Positions 18,293 to 28,233 are shown, counted from the stretch's first letter. The stretch: 64,000 bases of DNA from Candidatus Nanohaloarchaea archaeon (GCA_041640035.1 JBEQBC010000003.1:1-64000), one strand, 5' to 3'. Numbers and translations are program-made. Notes: generated by a model from the sequence alone, not told the origin.

Positions 18293-18459
18293 GGGAAAGT
18301 AGCTCAGGGGTTAGAGCGCTGCGCTCATAACAATTCAGTTTGTATGAGCGATGAGGAAGCCGGTGATTCTGGATAGCTGGTTTCCGATGATTAAATGTAC
18401 TCTCCAGAAAAGATTTGTGAGAAACGCAGAGGTCCCGGGTTCGATTCCCGGCTTTCCCA
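18293..18459 (+). tRNA. tRNA(CAU), probably elongator tRNA-Met, with a 94-nt intron at 37/38 (18330-18423)
   Basis: Acceptor GGGAAAG/CTTTCCC-A; anticodon stem CTGCG/CGCAG; CAT at 18326-18328; canonical BHB (helix CTCA/TGAG, bulges TAA and AAA). Ile2 identity is not excluded. Confidence 0.92.
18330..18423 (+). ncRNA. Putative intron-encoded box C/D-type guide RNA for tRNA C34
   Basis: Antisense TATGAGCG (18343-50), D'-like ATGA (18351-54), 10-bp hairpin, C'-like ATGATTA (18387-93). Confidence 0.7.
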
Positions 18460-18581
18460 AAATCATTTTCTACCTGTCGAAATTCCATTTTTCTCTTTGA
18501 TGATTTATCTTCGTCATGAGTTGGTTTAACCACCTTGGCAATGGGGGAACATTAAAATGCATGTACTTGGAATATGTTGAT

Positions 18582-18947
18582 ATGGCAAGTAAAGAGGAAA
18601 AACTTGATGAACCGCTAAATGATCTGGACGATGTTCAGAGTGTTAATGGAGCTGCAGTCGTCCGGAGAGATGGATTACTGATCGCTTCTAACATGGGCGA
18701 TGATATAAATGATGATCAGGTCGGAGCTATGACAGCTTCAACCGTAGGATCAGGAGAAACCGCTTCTGAATCCCTAGAGTTGGGTGATGTAGAGGCAGTT
18801 ACTATTGAAGCTGAGAACGGTAAACTGGTCGCCACAGGAGCCGGAGACGAAGGAATTCTCGCAATCCTAACCGACGACGATGTCAACATGGGACTAGTCA
18901 AAGTAGAAATGGAGAAGGCGACTAAGAAGATCAAAAGAGTTCTTTAA
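18582..18947 (+). CDS. Roadblock/LC7 (MglB-like) domain protein
   Basis: AAVVRRDGLLIAS...GAMTAS...IEAENGKLV...NMGLV. Confidence 0.9.
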   Translation: MASKEEKLDEPLNDLDDVQSVNGAAVVRRDGLLIASNMGDDINDDQVGAMTASTVGSGETASESLELGDVEAVTIEAENGKLVATGAGDEGILAILTDDDVNMGLVKVEMEKATKKIKRVL

Positions 18948-19015
18948 AAAATAATTTTGAGGAAGGAGAACGAAGGAACTCAATTTCTCTTCGTCTCCGA
19001 TCCCCCGCGTTTTCT

Positions 19016-19168
19016 CTACGCCTTTATTTCTGTACCTGTTTCTCTCAGTATGCATCTCTTATGGCAGTAGCCTTCTGAAGCCTTCACATAAGGTTCTTTC
19101 TTGAAGACTCTCTTTTCACAAAGAGTGCAGAAACCAAGTTTAACAGGTGATAGTTCAGACTCTACTAT
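19016..19168 (-). CDS. Small Zn-finger protein (CxxC...CHxxC, LIM-like half), 50 aa, non-canonical start
   Basis: Manual ORF (I)VESELSPVKLGFCTLCEKRVFKKEPYVKASEGYCHKRCIL; GGGGAGGGGG RBS precedes ATA; no in-frame ATG/GTG/TTG upstream of the finger. Confidence 0.6.
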   Translation of the reverse strand: MVESELSPVKLGFCTLCEKRVFKKEPYVKASEGYCHKRCILRETGTEIKA

Positions 19169-19294
19169 AACCCCCTCCCCTCGCGGGAGTAAGTATTACT
19201 TTTCCCTGCCTTAAATGGATATATTTACAGCTCCACGATACTACCTTGAAGACAAAAAAGAAGTTGAAAGCAGATATACTGATCTAAATATGCA

Positions 19295-20962
19295 TCACTG
19301 ATGCCCGTAGATGAAAAGCCCGTTATCCTCCTTTCTGACAAAGCCAAATCTCTCGAACTGGACGATTTCCTCTGTCTCAATATCATTCGGTTCGATACGG
19401 CCCTCAACCTTCCTGCCATCAGGCATCCAAACTGTTACTGTTCCGGCATCATGAGGAGTCCACTGAACAAAGTCCAGATCTTGTTCAAGCGCCTCCTTGT
19501 GGTCTTCATCAACATAATACGCTTCATCGTCCTCAAAACGGATGGTGCATAAGCCCTTCAACCTGACCTTATCGTCCTCAATATCTTCCCGGTTAACATG
19601 TACCTTGAAACTGCCGTCCTCAACATCAATTTCCGGGCTTCTATAACCCCGATCTACATCGGGATGAACAGGTATCTCGGCCTTGATATCTTGAGGAGCA
19701 TCTTTCACAGTCACTTCAACAGGTTTATCGACGAAGAAGTACCTGTCTGCGTCCTCATCGATTACGCGTGTGTTCTCTTTCTCAAGGCTTTCGATACTTG
19801 CCTCGATATTGTTTTCAGTGACTCCCATCTCTATAAAGAACTCCTGGATCGCTTCAGGCTGGAAACCTCTCCGCTTCAAAGCTCTCAATGTTCCGCATCT
19901 CGGGTCATCCCAACCGTCCAGCTCACCGTTTTCAACCATCTCGGCGATAGAAGAAGTGGACATTGGAGCTGTGAACCCGGATACTTCGACTGTTCCCCAG
20001 TACTGGATATAGGGGTACTTCCAGTCAAGGTAGTCGTAAATGTATTTCTGTCTCTTGGTTGATGCTCTCAGGTCTTTTCCGCGTACGATATGTGTTGTTC
20101 CCATCTCCTGGTCTTCTATCGCTCCCTGGAAGTCCAGCATCGGCCATACACGGTACTGGTTACCTGTAATCGGGTGGTTTGGTTCATCTATTATTCTGAA
20201 TGCTACGAAATCTCTGACAGCTGGGTTCTTGTGGTCCATATCTGTCTTGATCTTGAGCGTGGCTTCTCCTTCCTCTATACCGCCGTTCTTCATTTTCTCC
20301 CAGTTATCCATGGCTTCCTCAGGGTCCTGGTCTCTGTGCGGACACGCTTCACCGTTCTTCCTGTATTCCTGTCCTTCTTCCTGGCTGCAGAAACATACAT
20401 ACGCTTTGTTCATCTCGATTAGTTTTTCAGCGTATTCTATGTAAGTATCAAAGTTTTTCGAACTGTACCGTATTTCATCAGGTTCGTAGCCCAGCCATTC
20501 ATAGTCCTCCTGGTACATCTCATAGGCTTCTTCCAGAGGCCGCTTGGTCACTGGATCGGTATCGTCATATCTCAGGATCAGTTTGCCGTCGTACTTGTCT
20601 CTTAGCTCGCCGTTAACTGTCATTCCACGGGCGTGTCCCAGATGCGGAGGACCGTTTGGATTCGGTGCGAACCTTACAACGACTTCGTCCATTTCCTCTG
20701 CATTTTTCAAGTCTGGAACAGGGTCGTGCTCCTTTTTCTCTGGTATATCGAATTCATAGTTTTCAAGTTCTTCTTCCTGTTCCTCTAGAGATAGCTCGTT
20801 TACCTCCTGGCAGACCTCTTGAGCGGTACCGGTGACTTTTCCTTTGTCATCGAACTCTTCCTCTGCAAAGATCTTTCCGATAACTGCTCCAGGGTTGCAT
20901 TCTCCGTCGTGCTGTACTGCATTTCTCAAAGCGTATTTCCGCGCTATCTCCTCTAAACTCAT
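19295..20962 (-). CDS. gltX: Glutamyl-tRNA synthetase (probably non-discriminating)
   Basis: RFAPNPNGPPHLGH, RYDDTDP, THIVRGKD, QFERFGF; gatD/gatE nearby. Confidence 0.96.
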   Translation of the reverse strand: MSLEEIARKYALRNAVQHDGECNPGAVIGKIFAEEEFDDKGKVTGTAQEVCQEVNELSLEEQEEELENYEFDIPEKKEHDPVPDLKNAEEMDEVVVRFAPNPNGPPHLGHARGMTVNGELRDKYDGKLILRYDDTDPVTKRPLEEAYEMYQEDYEWLGYEPDEIRYSSKNFDTYIEYAEKLIEMNKAYVCFCSQEEGQEYRKNGEACPHRDQDPEEAMDNWEKMKNGGIEEGEATLKIKTDMDHKNPAVRDFVAFRIIDEPNHPITGNQYRVWPMLDFQGAIEDQEMGTTHIVRGKDLRASTKRQKYIYDYLDWKYPYIQYWGTVEVSGFTAPMSTSSIAEMVENGELDGWDDPRCGTLRALKRRGFQPEAIQEFFIEMGVTENNIEASIESLEKENTRVIDEDADRYFFVDKPVEVTVKDAPQDIKAEIPVHPDVDRGYRSPEIDVEDGSFKVHVNREDIEDDKVRLKGLCTIRFEDDEAYYVDEDHKEALEQDLDFVQWTPHDAGTVTVWMPDGRKVEGRIEPNDIETEEIVQFERFGFVRKEDNGLFIYGHQ

Positions 20963-21012
20963 ACAAGAATCTAATTAGGTAGAAAATTTCTATAAAGTAG
21001 GTGGTTCTGAAC

Positions 21013-21687
21013 TCAGATGGCTGAAACTAGGTTGTTTTTCCTTCTTCTCAGGTCTTTCCAGGTGTAATATAGGAGAACCCCGGTTAGGCCGTACTTCTTT
21101 ACTCTTCGACCTGAGTTTACAACCAATTTGTCTGGGTGAATACCTACATTGCCGTATTTCGAAATTTCTTTCGAGAACTGAAGATCTTCTCCGGCTATAT
21201 CTTCGAAACCTCTGGAATAGTCGTAGATAGGCTTTCTAACAACTGTATTAAACCCTGGTAGTAGTGCAGGTTTCATACGAGGGAAAACAGTATTTCCGAA
21301 TCCTTGGATCAGTTTGCTTCTAATACCTGTCATCTTGAACTTTGTGGCGCAGGCATCTAAATCGTTGTTCTCCATAAACGCCATCACTTCTGAGGCAAAG
21401 TTCTCAGCGATTTCTGTATCGGCGTCCACAAAAACAAGCAGTTCGTTCTCAGCTCTCTGAGCACCTTTGTCTCTGCTTTCTCCTCGGCCATCAACTCCGT
21501 AAATAATCTTGTCAGCGTATTCTTCAGCTATGTTCAGTGTTCCATCACTGCTTCCGCCGTCAACGACTATAATCTCCTTGGAAACTTCTTGTTTTTGAAT
21601 TGATTTCAGGCAGTTCTCAAGGTAGTCCTCCTCGTTCAGGGTCGGAACGATGAAGCTGACGGAGTTAGTTTCTTTATCTTTTTCCAT
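21013..21687 (-). CDS. Glycosyltransferase family 2
   Basis: VPTLNEE, VDGGSSDGT, FVDAD, GEDL. Confidence 0.9.
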   Translation of the reverse strand: MEKDKETNSVSFIVPTLNEEDYLENCLKSIQKQEVSKEIIVVDGGSSDGTLNIAEEYADKIIYGVDGRGESRDKGAQRAENELLVFVDADTEIAENFASEVMAFMENNDLDACATKFKMTGIRSKLIQGFGNTVFPRMKPALLPGFNTVVRKPIYDYSRGFEDIAGEDLQFSKEISKYGNVGIHPDKLVVNSGRRVKKYGLTGVLLYYTWKDLRRRKNNLVSAI

Positions 21688-21692
21688 ACCGT

Positions 21693-22196
21693 TTACTGAC
21701 CGTTTGAGAGCAGTGTCCATCTTTTTTCTACATCAGTGTTATTGATTATTCTCTTGTTTCCATCTTCCATTTCCACCCGTGACTTTCGGAGACCTACATC
21801 CACTACCTCGCCTTTTATTCCATCTACCTCTACATCATCGCCTTTGTTGAAGTCCGGATCGTGAACCAGGTAGATGCCTGCTACCGTATCGGAAATCACA
21901 TCTTTTAGTGCGAATGAGACTCCTAAAGCCACGAATCCTGCTGCGGTTCCCAGTGAAGCTGCGATCTGGTTGAAGCCTAGGATTCCGAGAGAGAGTAAAA
22001 TAGCTGAGAACCATGCTCCTGCCTTGAAAACATCTTCCACTAGGTCAAGAACCGTTCTTTCAGAAAACTTGTGGGATGCCGCTCTCCTCACTACTAGCGA
22101 GGCTCGGGTTATCAGGAATCCTGCGCCAATCAGTACCGCTGCGGCTACACCTATCCTTGCAGCTACCGCCGTCAGCAGGACACTATCCAGAATCAT
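21693..22196 (-). CDS. Short MscS-family mechanosensitive channel
   Basis: 3 TM helices, ALGVSFALKDVISD..AG, F.KGD.V...G.V...GLRK. Confidence 0.82.
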   Translation of the reverse strand: MILDSVLLTAVAARIGVAAAVLIGAGFLITRASLVVRRAASHKFSERTVLDLVEDVFKAGAWFSAILLSLGILGFNQIAASLGTAAGFVALGVSFALKDVISDTVAGIYLVHDPDFNKGDDVEVDGIKGEVVDVGLRKSRVEMEDGNKRIINNTDVEKRWTLLSNGQ

Positions 22197-22278
22197 ATAG
22201 TTTTATTGAGGTGGTAGCTGTTTTTACCTTTAATCCCGGGTCAAGGGATTTTAATCAATCCAGTTCAGAAATCTGTGT

Positions 22279-22758
22279 ATGGATGAACTGAAATCCTCGC
22301 TTCTGATAATCGGTTTGCTCATCGCGGTTTTCACAACTGTAAGCCTGCTCGGCGTCAACAATAAACCAAGGGTGGTTTTTCAGACAGGTACTCTAGACTC
22401 AACGGTAGAGGTTGAAGTATCAGATAACCAGAGTGAGAGAGCGGAGGGCTTGATGAACAGAGAAAGTTTATGCCAGGACTGCGGAATGTTGTTCGTCTAT
22501 GAAGACTCGGAGCAGAGAGCTTTCTGGATGAAGAACACGAGTATACCCTTGGATATCATCTTCATATCAGAGGAGCAGGAAGTGATCAATATCGCGGAGG
22601 CTGATCCGGAACCAGAAGTAGCTGATGAGAATCTAACCCGATACTACAGTGATGAACCGGCGAAGTATGTTGTAGAAGTGAATCAGGGGTACAGTGAAAG
22701 AAAAAGTATAGAGGAGGGAACAAAGGTTTTGTTCCGCTCTATTCCTCTAAGTCGATAA
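22279..22758 (+). CDS. DUF192 family protein
   Basis: ERAEGLM.R, GMLFV, FWMKNT.IPLDIIF, YVVEV. Confidence 0.92.
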   Translation: MDELKSSLLIIGLLIAVFTTVSLLGVNNKPRVVFQTGTLDSTVEVEVSDNQSERAEGLMNRESLCQDCGMLFVYEDSEQRAFWMKNTSIPLDIIFISEEQEVINIAEADPEPEVADENLTRYYSDEPAKYVVEVNQGYSERKSIEEGTKVLFRSIPLSR

Positions 22759-24055
22759 CGCTCTGGTTCTCGCTGATGAAGATATCCTTGTTCAAGGTGT
22801 ATCCTTCCTGGCGAGCCAGTTCTACATAGCTTCCAAGCTTCTGGATGTGTCCATGGCTTGGAACGATGTTATCAGGGTCGAAGAACTTGATGAAGTCTCT
22901 GTGATCTTCTTTCTTAGCGTGTCCGGATGTATGGACATTCTTGTAGATTCTTACTCCTTGTTCCTTCATCTTCTTCTCTAGCTGGTACCGGTTAGCCTTT
23001 GTTGGCGGTGTTGGGATGGTTCGTGAGGAGAAGATTACATGATCTCCTTTCTCGAACTCGAAGGGATATTGCTGTGATGTGATCTTGTCCATCTGTGCGC
23101 CAGGTTCTCCCTGGTTACCGGTTGCTACAACAAGCCATTCCTCTCTTTCTCCGTCTACTCTGTCCATCAGTTCCTTACATTCATCGAAGTATGATACAAC
23201 TTCGACATCGGAAAGATCGATGAGGTCAAGTTCCTCTGCAGCTTCAGCGTTCTCTCGAAGGCTTCTACCGACAAACGCGACCTTTCTCCGTCCATCGTTC
23301 GCTTCAAGGATGGAGTTCAGTCGTGCGATCTGGCTTGAGAAAGTGGTTACGAATACTGCTCCGCCTGCGTCGTAAGAGGCGTTCAGTACATTCTCAAGCT
23401 CGACCTGTACTGCTCTTTCAGGTCTTACTCTTCCTGGTTCGTCTACGGATGTTGTTCCTGGAACCATGAGTCTGACTCCTTCTTCTCCTACTTCTTTGAT
23501 TCTCTCGATATCTGTGTTCTCTCCGAGTACAGGGCTACGGTCGAACTTCATGTCGTTTCCGTAGATTACATTCCCTTCCTCGGTTCTGAGAAGTGAGAGT
23601 GTAGCATCAGGAATGCTGTGGTTCACATGCAGGAACTCCACGCTTTTTCCAGGCTTGATATCGTATTCTTCACCTGTCTCCATCTCAACGATCTCGTTGT
23701 TGATGTTCTTCCGGTCTCCTTCCATCCCGTTCTCGATAATCTTCTTTGTGAACGGTGTGCAAAGGATCGGAGCGTTGTACTGTCCTGCTAGCTTTGGAAT
23801 TGCTCCTACATGGTCAAGGTGGCCGTGACCGATAACGATCGCAACCACATTCTTGTCCATGATTTGCTTGTCTTTTGGTATTGCACCTGTTTCTAGGGTT
23901 TGATTTGTAGTTAGTTCGTCGATTTGTTCTTCTGCGGCCACGACCTCTTCCATATCATAACCCATGTCGAAGATGACGACATCTCCGTCCTCAGTTTCGA
24001 CTGCGGTCATGTTCTTTCCGATTTCTTCGTAGCCTCCAATTGTGTGTACTTTCAT
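22739..24055 (-). CDS. rnj: Ribonuclease J (beta-CASP MBL)
   Basis: GGYEEIGKNMT, HGHLDHVG, HSIP, TGNQGEP, HTSGHA, PSHG. Confidence 0.93.
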   Translation of the reverse strand: MKVHTIGGYEEIGKNMTAVETEDGDVVIFDMGYDMEEVVAAEEQIDELTTNQTLETGAIPKDKQIMDKNVVAIVIGHGHLDHVGAIPKLAGQYNAPILCTPFTKKIIENGMEGDRKNINNEIVEMETGEEYDIKPGKSVEFLHVNHSIPDATLSLLRTEEGNVIYGNDMKFDRSPVLGENTDIERIKEVGEEGVRLMVPGTTSVDEPGRVRPERAVQVELENVLNASYDAGGAVFVTTFSSQIARLNSILEANDGRRKVAFVGRSLRENAEAAEELDLIDLSDVEVVSYFDECKELMDRVDGEREEWLVVATGNQGEPGAQMDKITSQQYPFEFEKGDHVIFSSRTIPTPPTKANRYQLEKKMKEQGVRIYKNVHTSGHAKKEDHRDFIKFFDPDNIVPSHGHIQKLGSYVELARQEGYTLNKDIFISENQSVIDLEE

Positions 24056-24185
24056 AAAGTGAGAAATTCACCTAAAATTTTGAAGTCTTTATAATAGACT
24101 ACGAGGACGAGACTCTTTTAAATCCCACATCGGGGTAGGCCGGTGGAATACTTAAGACTTCCACTAACTCAATCAAATTGTAACA

Positions 24186-25484
24186 ATGTACTCCGATCAA
24201 ATCCAGCAACTTCTCGAAGAAAAAGATATCGAAACAGGAGACCGAGTAAAAGCCGACGAACACAGAGGCGTACTAATGCCGAAACCAAGCAGCGGCAACC
24301 CGGAAGTACTGGTACTAAAACTGGAAAGCGGATACAACATCGGAGTACAGCCAGAAGAACTCGAACTGATCGAGAAAAACGAAGTTGAAGAAGAAACCAG
24401 GGAAGAGGTACAGCACTTGGAAGACAAACCGGATATACTAGTATTGCATACCGGGGGAACAATCGCCTCACGCGTATCGTATGAAGAAGGAGGAGTCAAA
24501 CCAGCCTTCGACCCCGAAGACCTCGTAGAGATGTACCCTGAACTCGCTGAGGAAGTAAATATACACAGCAAAGTCGTCGCACAGATGCTATCCGAAGATA
24601 TGGAGCCGGAGCACTGGCAGGAAATCGCAGAGGAAATCGACGAAAACCGCGACTACAACGGAATCATTCTCGGACACGGAACAGACACGATGCAGTACAC
24701 AGGCGCAGCACTAACACTGATGCTGCAGAATCTGGATACAGGAGTAATGATCGTAGGTTCACAGAGAAGCAGCGACCGTCCAAGCAGCGACGCACCGATG
24801 AACATGTACTGCGCAGCACAGTTCCTCACAAATACAGACTTCAACGGTGTAGGAGTATGTATGCACTCAACAACAAACGATACCGAATGTAATATACTGA
24901 ATCCGGCCAAAGTACGGAAGATGCATACCTCAAGGAGAGATGCATTCGAACCAATCAACACAGAGCCTCTGGCAACAGTAAACTACGAAACAGGGAAAGT
25001 AGAATACAATGAAGAAACAGATAACAGAGAAGAGTACATTAAAAAGACAGAACTTGATACAAAGGTAGCAGTACTCAAGACAAGACCTGGCATGAAGCCT
25101 GTAGAGGTACAGAACCTGATAGATCGTGATTTAGACGGCGTGGTGGTCGAAGGAACAGGTCTAGGACATATGCCGGTAAACGCGTTCGATGATAAAACTC
25201 AGCACCATGCAGAAATCCTTGAAAAACTTGAAGAACTGGCAGAAGACACGGTAGTGGTTATGAGCTCCCAGTGTCTAAACGGCCGTGTCGATATGAATGT
25301 ATATGACGCAGGTCTGAAGATTCAGGACGCAGGGGTTTACAGCTCGAAGGATATGCATCCAGAGCTGGCTTATGTGAAACTTATGTGGTCTCTAGGCCAG
25401 TCCGACGACAGGGAGGAAGCGCTTGAACTCTTCCAGGAAAATATCAACGGAGAGATCAACGAACGAACTCCTTATATTGAATGA
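24186..25484 (+). CDS. gatD: Glu-tRNA(Gln) amidotransferase subunit D
   Basis: KLESGYNIG, TGGTIASR, HGTDT, GSQRSSDRPSSD, KMHTSRRDAF. Confidence 0.97.
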   Translation: MYSDQIQQLLEEKDIETGDRVKADEHRGVLMPKPSSGNPEVLVLKLESGYNIGVQPEELELIEKNEVEEETREEVQHLEDKPDILVLHTGGTIASRVSYEEGGVKPAFDPEDLVEMYPELAEEVNIHSKVVAQMLSEDMEPEHWQEIAEEIDENRDYNGIILGHGTDTMQYTGAALTLMLQNLDTGVMIVGSQRSSDRPSSDAPMNMYCAAQFLTNTDFNGVGVCMHSTTNDTECNILNPAKVRKMHTSRRDAFEPINTEPLATVNYETGKVEYNEETDNREEYIKKTELDTKVAVLKTRPGMKPVEVQNLIDRDLDGVVVEGTGLGHMPVNAFDDKTQHHAEILEKLEELAEDTVVVMSSQCLNGRVDMNVYDAGLKIQDAGVYSSKDMHPELAYVKLMWSLGQSDDREEALELFQENINGEINERTPYIE

Positions 25485-25499
25485 AAAGGGTATTTAGTG

Positions 25500-25739
25500 A
25501 TGGATAAAGACGAATTTGACTCAAAAGCAGAGAAATTTCTAGATGAAGGAAATCAAGAAAGAGTTAGAGACATCCTCAGAGAATACGCAATGTGCATAGC
25601 TTTCGAAGAAGACAAGGAGCTAGACAATCCGACCCATATGATTGATTCTCTTGTAGATATATCCACTGTTAATGACTTCACCGAGTATCGGGTCGCAAAA
25701 TCCCTTATCAGAAATGAGATTAAGAGAGGAGAAATATAG
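25500..25739 (+). CDS. Hypothetical protein, about 79 aa
   Basis: In-operon ORF between gatD and the kinase gene, overlapping the next start. Confidence 0.65.
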   Translation: MDKDEFDSKAEKFLDEGNQERVRDILREYAMCIAFEEDKELDNPTHMIDSLVDISTVNDFTEYRVAKSLIRNEIKRGEI

Positions 25740-26287
25740 TGACGGAGATTTACGGTATAGCAGGACTTCCGCTATCAGGTAAGACGACTGTCGCTGACAA
25801 GATGCAGGAAGAAGGATTTACTAAGATCGATATGGGAGATGTAGTTAGAGAAGAGATGGATAAGAGAGGGATACCGGCGGAAGAAACAGGAGAATTCGTA
25901 TCAGCTCTACGAGAACAGAACGGTATGGAAGCCATAGCAGAACTCACACTTCCATATGTAGAAGAAGCTATCCAGAAACATGAAAAAATAGTTATCAGCG
26001 GTATGCGCGGTTGGATAGAGAAAGAATGCTTCGAAGACAATCTAAGTGAAGAAGTCAAGGTTATCGCAGTATGGGCGTCCAGAGAGGAAAGAAGAAAAAG
26101 AGAGGAATCCCGAGCCCGTGAAGAGGATAAAGTAGCCGAGATAGAGGACAGAGATGAAAGAGAGATAGAACATGGCGCAGCCAAACTCATCACACTTGCA
26201 GACCACCTCATACTTAACGAAAATATCTCACTTGAACAGTTCGAACAAAGAATTGAGAATACTTTACAAGAATTGGAGGTCAAATAA
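25739..26287 (+). CDS. P-loop nucleotide kinase, archaeal dephospho-CoA-kinase-like (UPF0200)
   Basis: GLPLSGKTT, DMGDVVR, RDEREI..G. Confidence 0.78.
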   Translation: MTEIYGIAGLPLSGKTTVADKMQEEGFTKIDMGDVVREEMDKRGIPAEETGEFVSALREQNGMEAIAELTLPYVEEAIQKHEKIVISGMRGWIEKECFEDNLSEEVKVIAVWASREERRKREESRAREEDKVAEIEDRDEREIEHGAAKLITLADHLILNENISLEQFEQRIENTLQELEVK

Positions 26288-26292
26288 ATACT

Positions 26293-28137
26293 ATGGATTA
26301 CGAAAACCTAGGCTTCAAATGCGGAATCGAAATACATCAACAGCTAGCAACAGAAACCAAACTCTTCTGCAACTGCCCTGTCGAAATGGAGGACGAAGAG
26401 AAAGACTTCCAGGTCCGAAGACAGCTTAAATCAGTAGCAGGAGAAAGCGGAGAACGAGATGAAGCCGCAGAAGTCGAATCAGAAAGCTCAAACACATTTA
26501 TCTACAACTACTACCAGAGAAACAACTGCCTAGTCGAACTAGACGAAGAACCACCACACGAAATAAACAATGAAGCACTCGACACAGCGATGACCTTCGC
26601 ACGAATGGTAGACGCAAACATCCCTGCCGAGATCCAGATCATGCGTAAAATAGTCGTCGACGGATCTAACACCTCAGGTTTCCAGAGAACAGCCATGATC
26701 GGGCTCGACGGCGTACTGGAGACAGAAACAGGTACAGTAGCGATCGACGATATCGAACTTGAAGAAGAATCAGCAGGTATCCACAGCCGGAACGCCAACG
26801 AATCAGTATACGACCTCAACCGCCTGGGAATACCTTTAGTAGAAGTCGGAACCGATGCATCAATCCAGAATCCTGAGCACGCCAGAGAAGTAGCCAAGAA
26901 ACTGGGAATGCTTCTCAGATCAACAGGAAAAGCACGGAGAGGAATCGGAACAATTCGACAGGATGTAAATGTATCTATAGAGGACGGCGCCAGAGTCGAG
27001 ATCAAGGGATTCCAGGATGTAGAGAACATCGACAAACTGATTGAATTCGAGGTAAAAAGACAGAAGAACCTCGTAGAACTCGGAGAAGACCTGGAAGAAA
27101 CAGAGGTTCTCGCAGACAATGTTACACATCTTTTCGATGATTCTGACAACGAAATACTATCAACAGTGCTTGAAAACGATGGAGAGGTCTACGGCTTCAA
27201 ACTTCCACAGCTGGAAGGCAAGATGAAGCAGAATATCTCCGCAGACCGATACCTGGCCAAAGAACTGGTCGATTACGGCCGCAAATACGGAATCAACGGT
27301 CTGATCCATACAGATGAAGATATCCAAGGTTACGGCCTAGAGGAAGAGTTCGAGGAACTGGCAGACACATTCAAGCGTGAAGATGGAGATGTACTAGCAG
27401 TGATGGCTGGGCCGAAGCAGAAGGTCAGAGCGGCAGCCAAAGCAGTAAGAGATAGAGCCGAAAAAATCTACAAGGGAGAAGTGCCCGAAGAAACTCGTAA
27501 TGCGGAACAGGACTTCACATCATCATATCTTAGACCTCTACCAGGAAGCGCACGGATGTACCCGGAAACAGATATTCAACCGGTTGAAATCACTGATGAA
27601 AAGGTTGAAGAGATCGATCAGAATCTTCCGGACACTCTTGAAGAGCGTAGAGAACGCTACGCAGAGGAAATCGGCGAAGAGCTAGCCAAGCAGATCACAA
27701 GCAGCAGAAAACTGAATACTTTCGAAAAACTGAAAGAAAGCCATGATATGAAGACCGCAGCCAATCTTCTCGTCAACACCTTACCTCAGTTAGAGGATGA
27801 TGGCGTCGCAGTTGATCGGCTGTCTACAGACGATCTAAGCTATCTTCTGGAAGCTCTTGAAGACGATGATATCAAGTCCGGTGAACTTGAGAAGGCGGTG
27901 AAGCTGTCAGTCAAGCAAGGTCCGGCAGAAGCTGTCGAAGAGATACAGGAGAACAGGGTAAGTGAAGACGAGATCCGTGAAGCTGTTCAGGAAGTAATCG
28001 ATGAGAAACAAGGAATGATTGAGGAGCAGGGCGAGCATGCGCAAGGTGCTTTGATGGGACTGGTTATGCAGAAGGTTGACTCCGACGGTTCCACAGTTTC
28101 AAGGATTCTTTCCGAGGAACTGTCAGAGCACCTGTAA
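26293..28137 (+). CDS. gatE: Glu-tRNA(Gln) amidotransferase subunit E
   Basis: [51 protein letters not shown]. Confidence 0.97.
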   Translation: MDYENLGFKCGIEIHQQLATETKLFCNCPVEMEDEEKDFQVRRQLKSVAGESGERDEAAEVESESSNTFIYNYYQRNNCLVELDEEPPHEINNEALDTAMTFARMVDANIPAEIQIMRKIVVDGSNTSGFQRTAMIGLDGVLETETGTVAIDDIELEEESAGIHSRNANESVYDLNRLGIPLVEVGTDASIQNPEHAREVAKKLGMLLRSTGKARRGIGTIRQDVNVSIEDGARVEIKGFQDVENIDKLIEFEVKRQKNLVELGEDLEETEVLADNVTHLFDDSDNEILSTVLENDGEVYGFKLPQLEGKMKQNISADRYLAKELVDYGRKYGINGLIHTDEDIQGYGLEEEFEELADTFKREDGDVLAVMAGPKQKVRAAAKAVRDRAEKIYKGEVPEETRNAEQDFTSSYLRPLPGSARMYPETDIQPVEITDEKVEEIDQNLPDTLEERRERYAEEIGEELAKQITSSRKLNTFEKLKESHDMKTAANLLVNTLPQLEDDGVAVDRLSTDDLSYLLEALEDDDIKSGELEKAVKLSVKQGPAEAVEEIQENRVSEDEIREAVQEVIDEKQGMIEEQGEHAQGALMGLVMQKVDSDGSTVSRILSEELSEHL

Positions 28138-28233
28138 ACCGGCTCAAACCTGTTTTCAGTCAATCTTTTAAATTTTAACATACTTCTACTAAAACAAGTT
28201 CTACATTTTCTCAAAAGAGGTGTACCAAAACAA

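Noticed and set aside
17150-18459. Integrated element between the two tRNAs
   Set aside because: No integrase and no duplicated tRNA 3' end seen
12549-19192. Shared 11-mer CGCGGGAGTAA in two intergenic regions (12549 and 19182)
   Set aside because: An 11-nt match is expected by chance at this scale, and the contexts and orientation relative to genes differ
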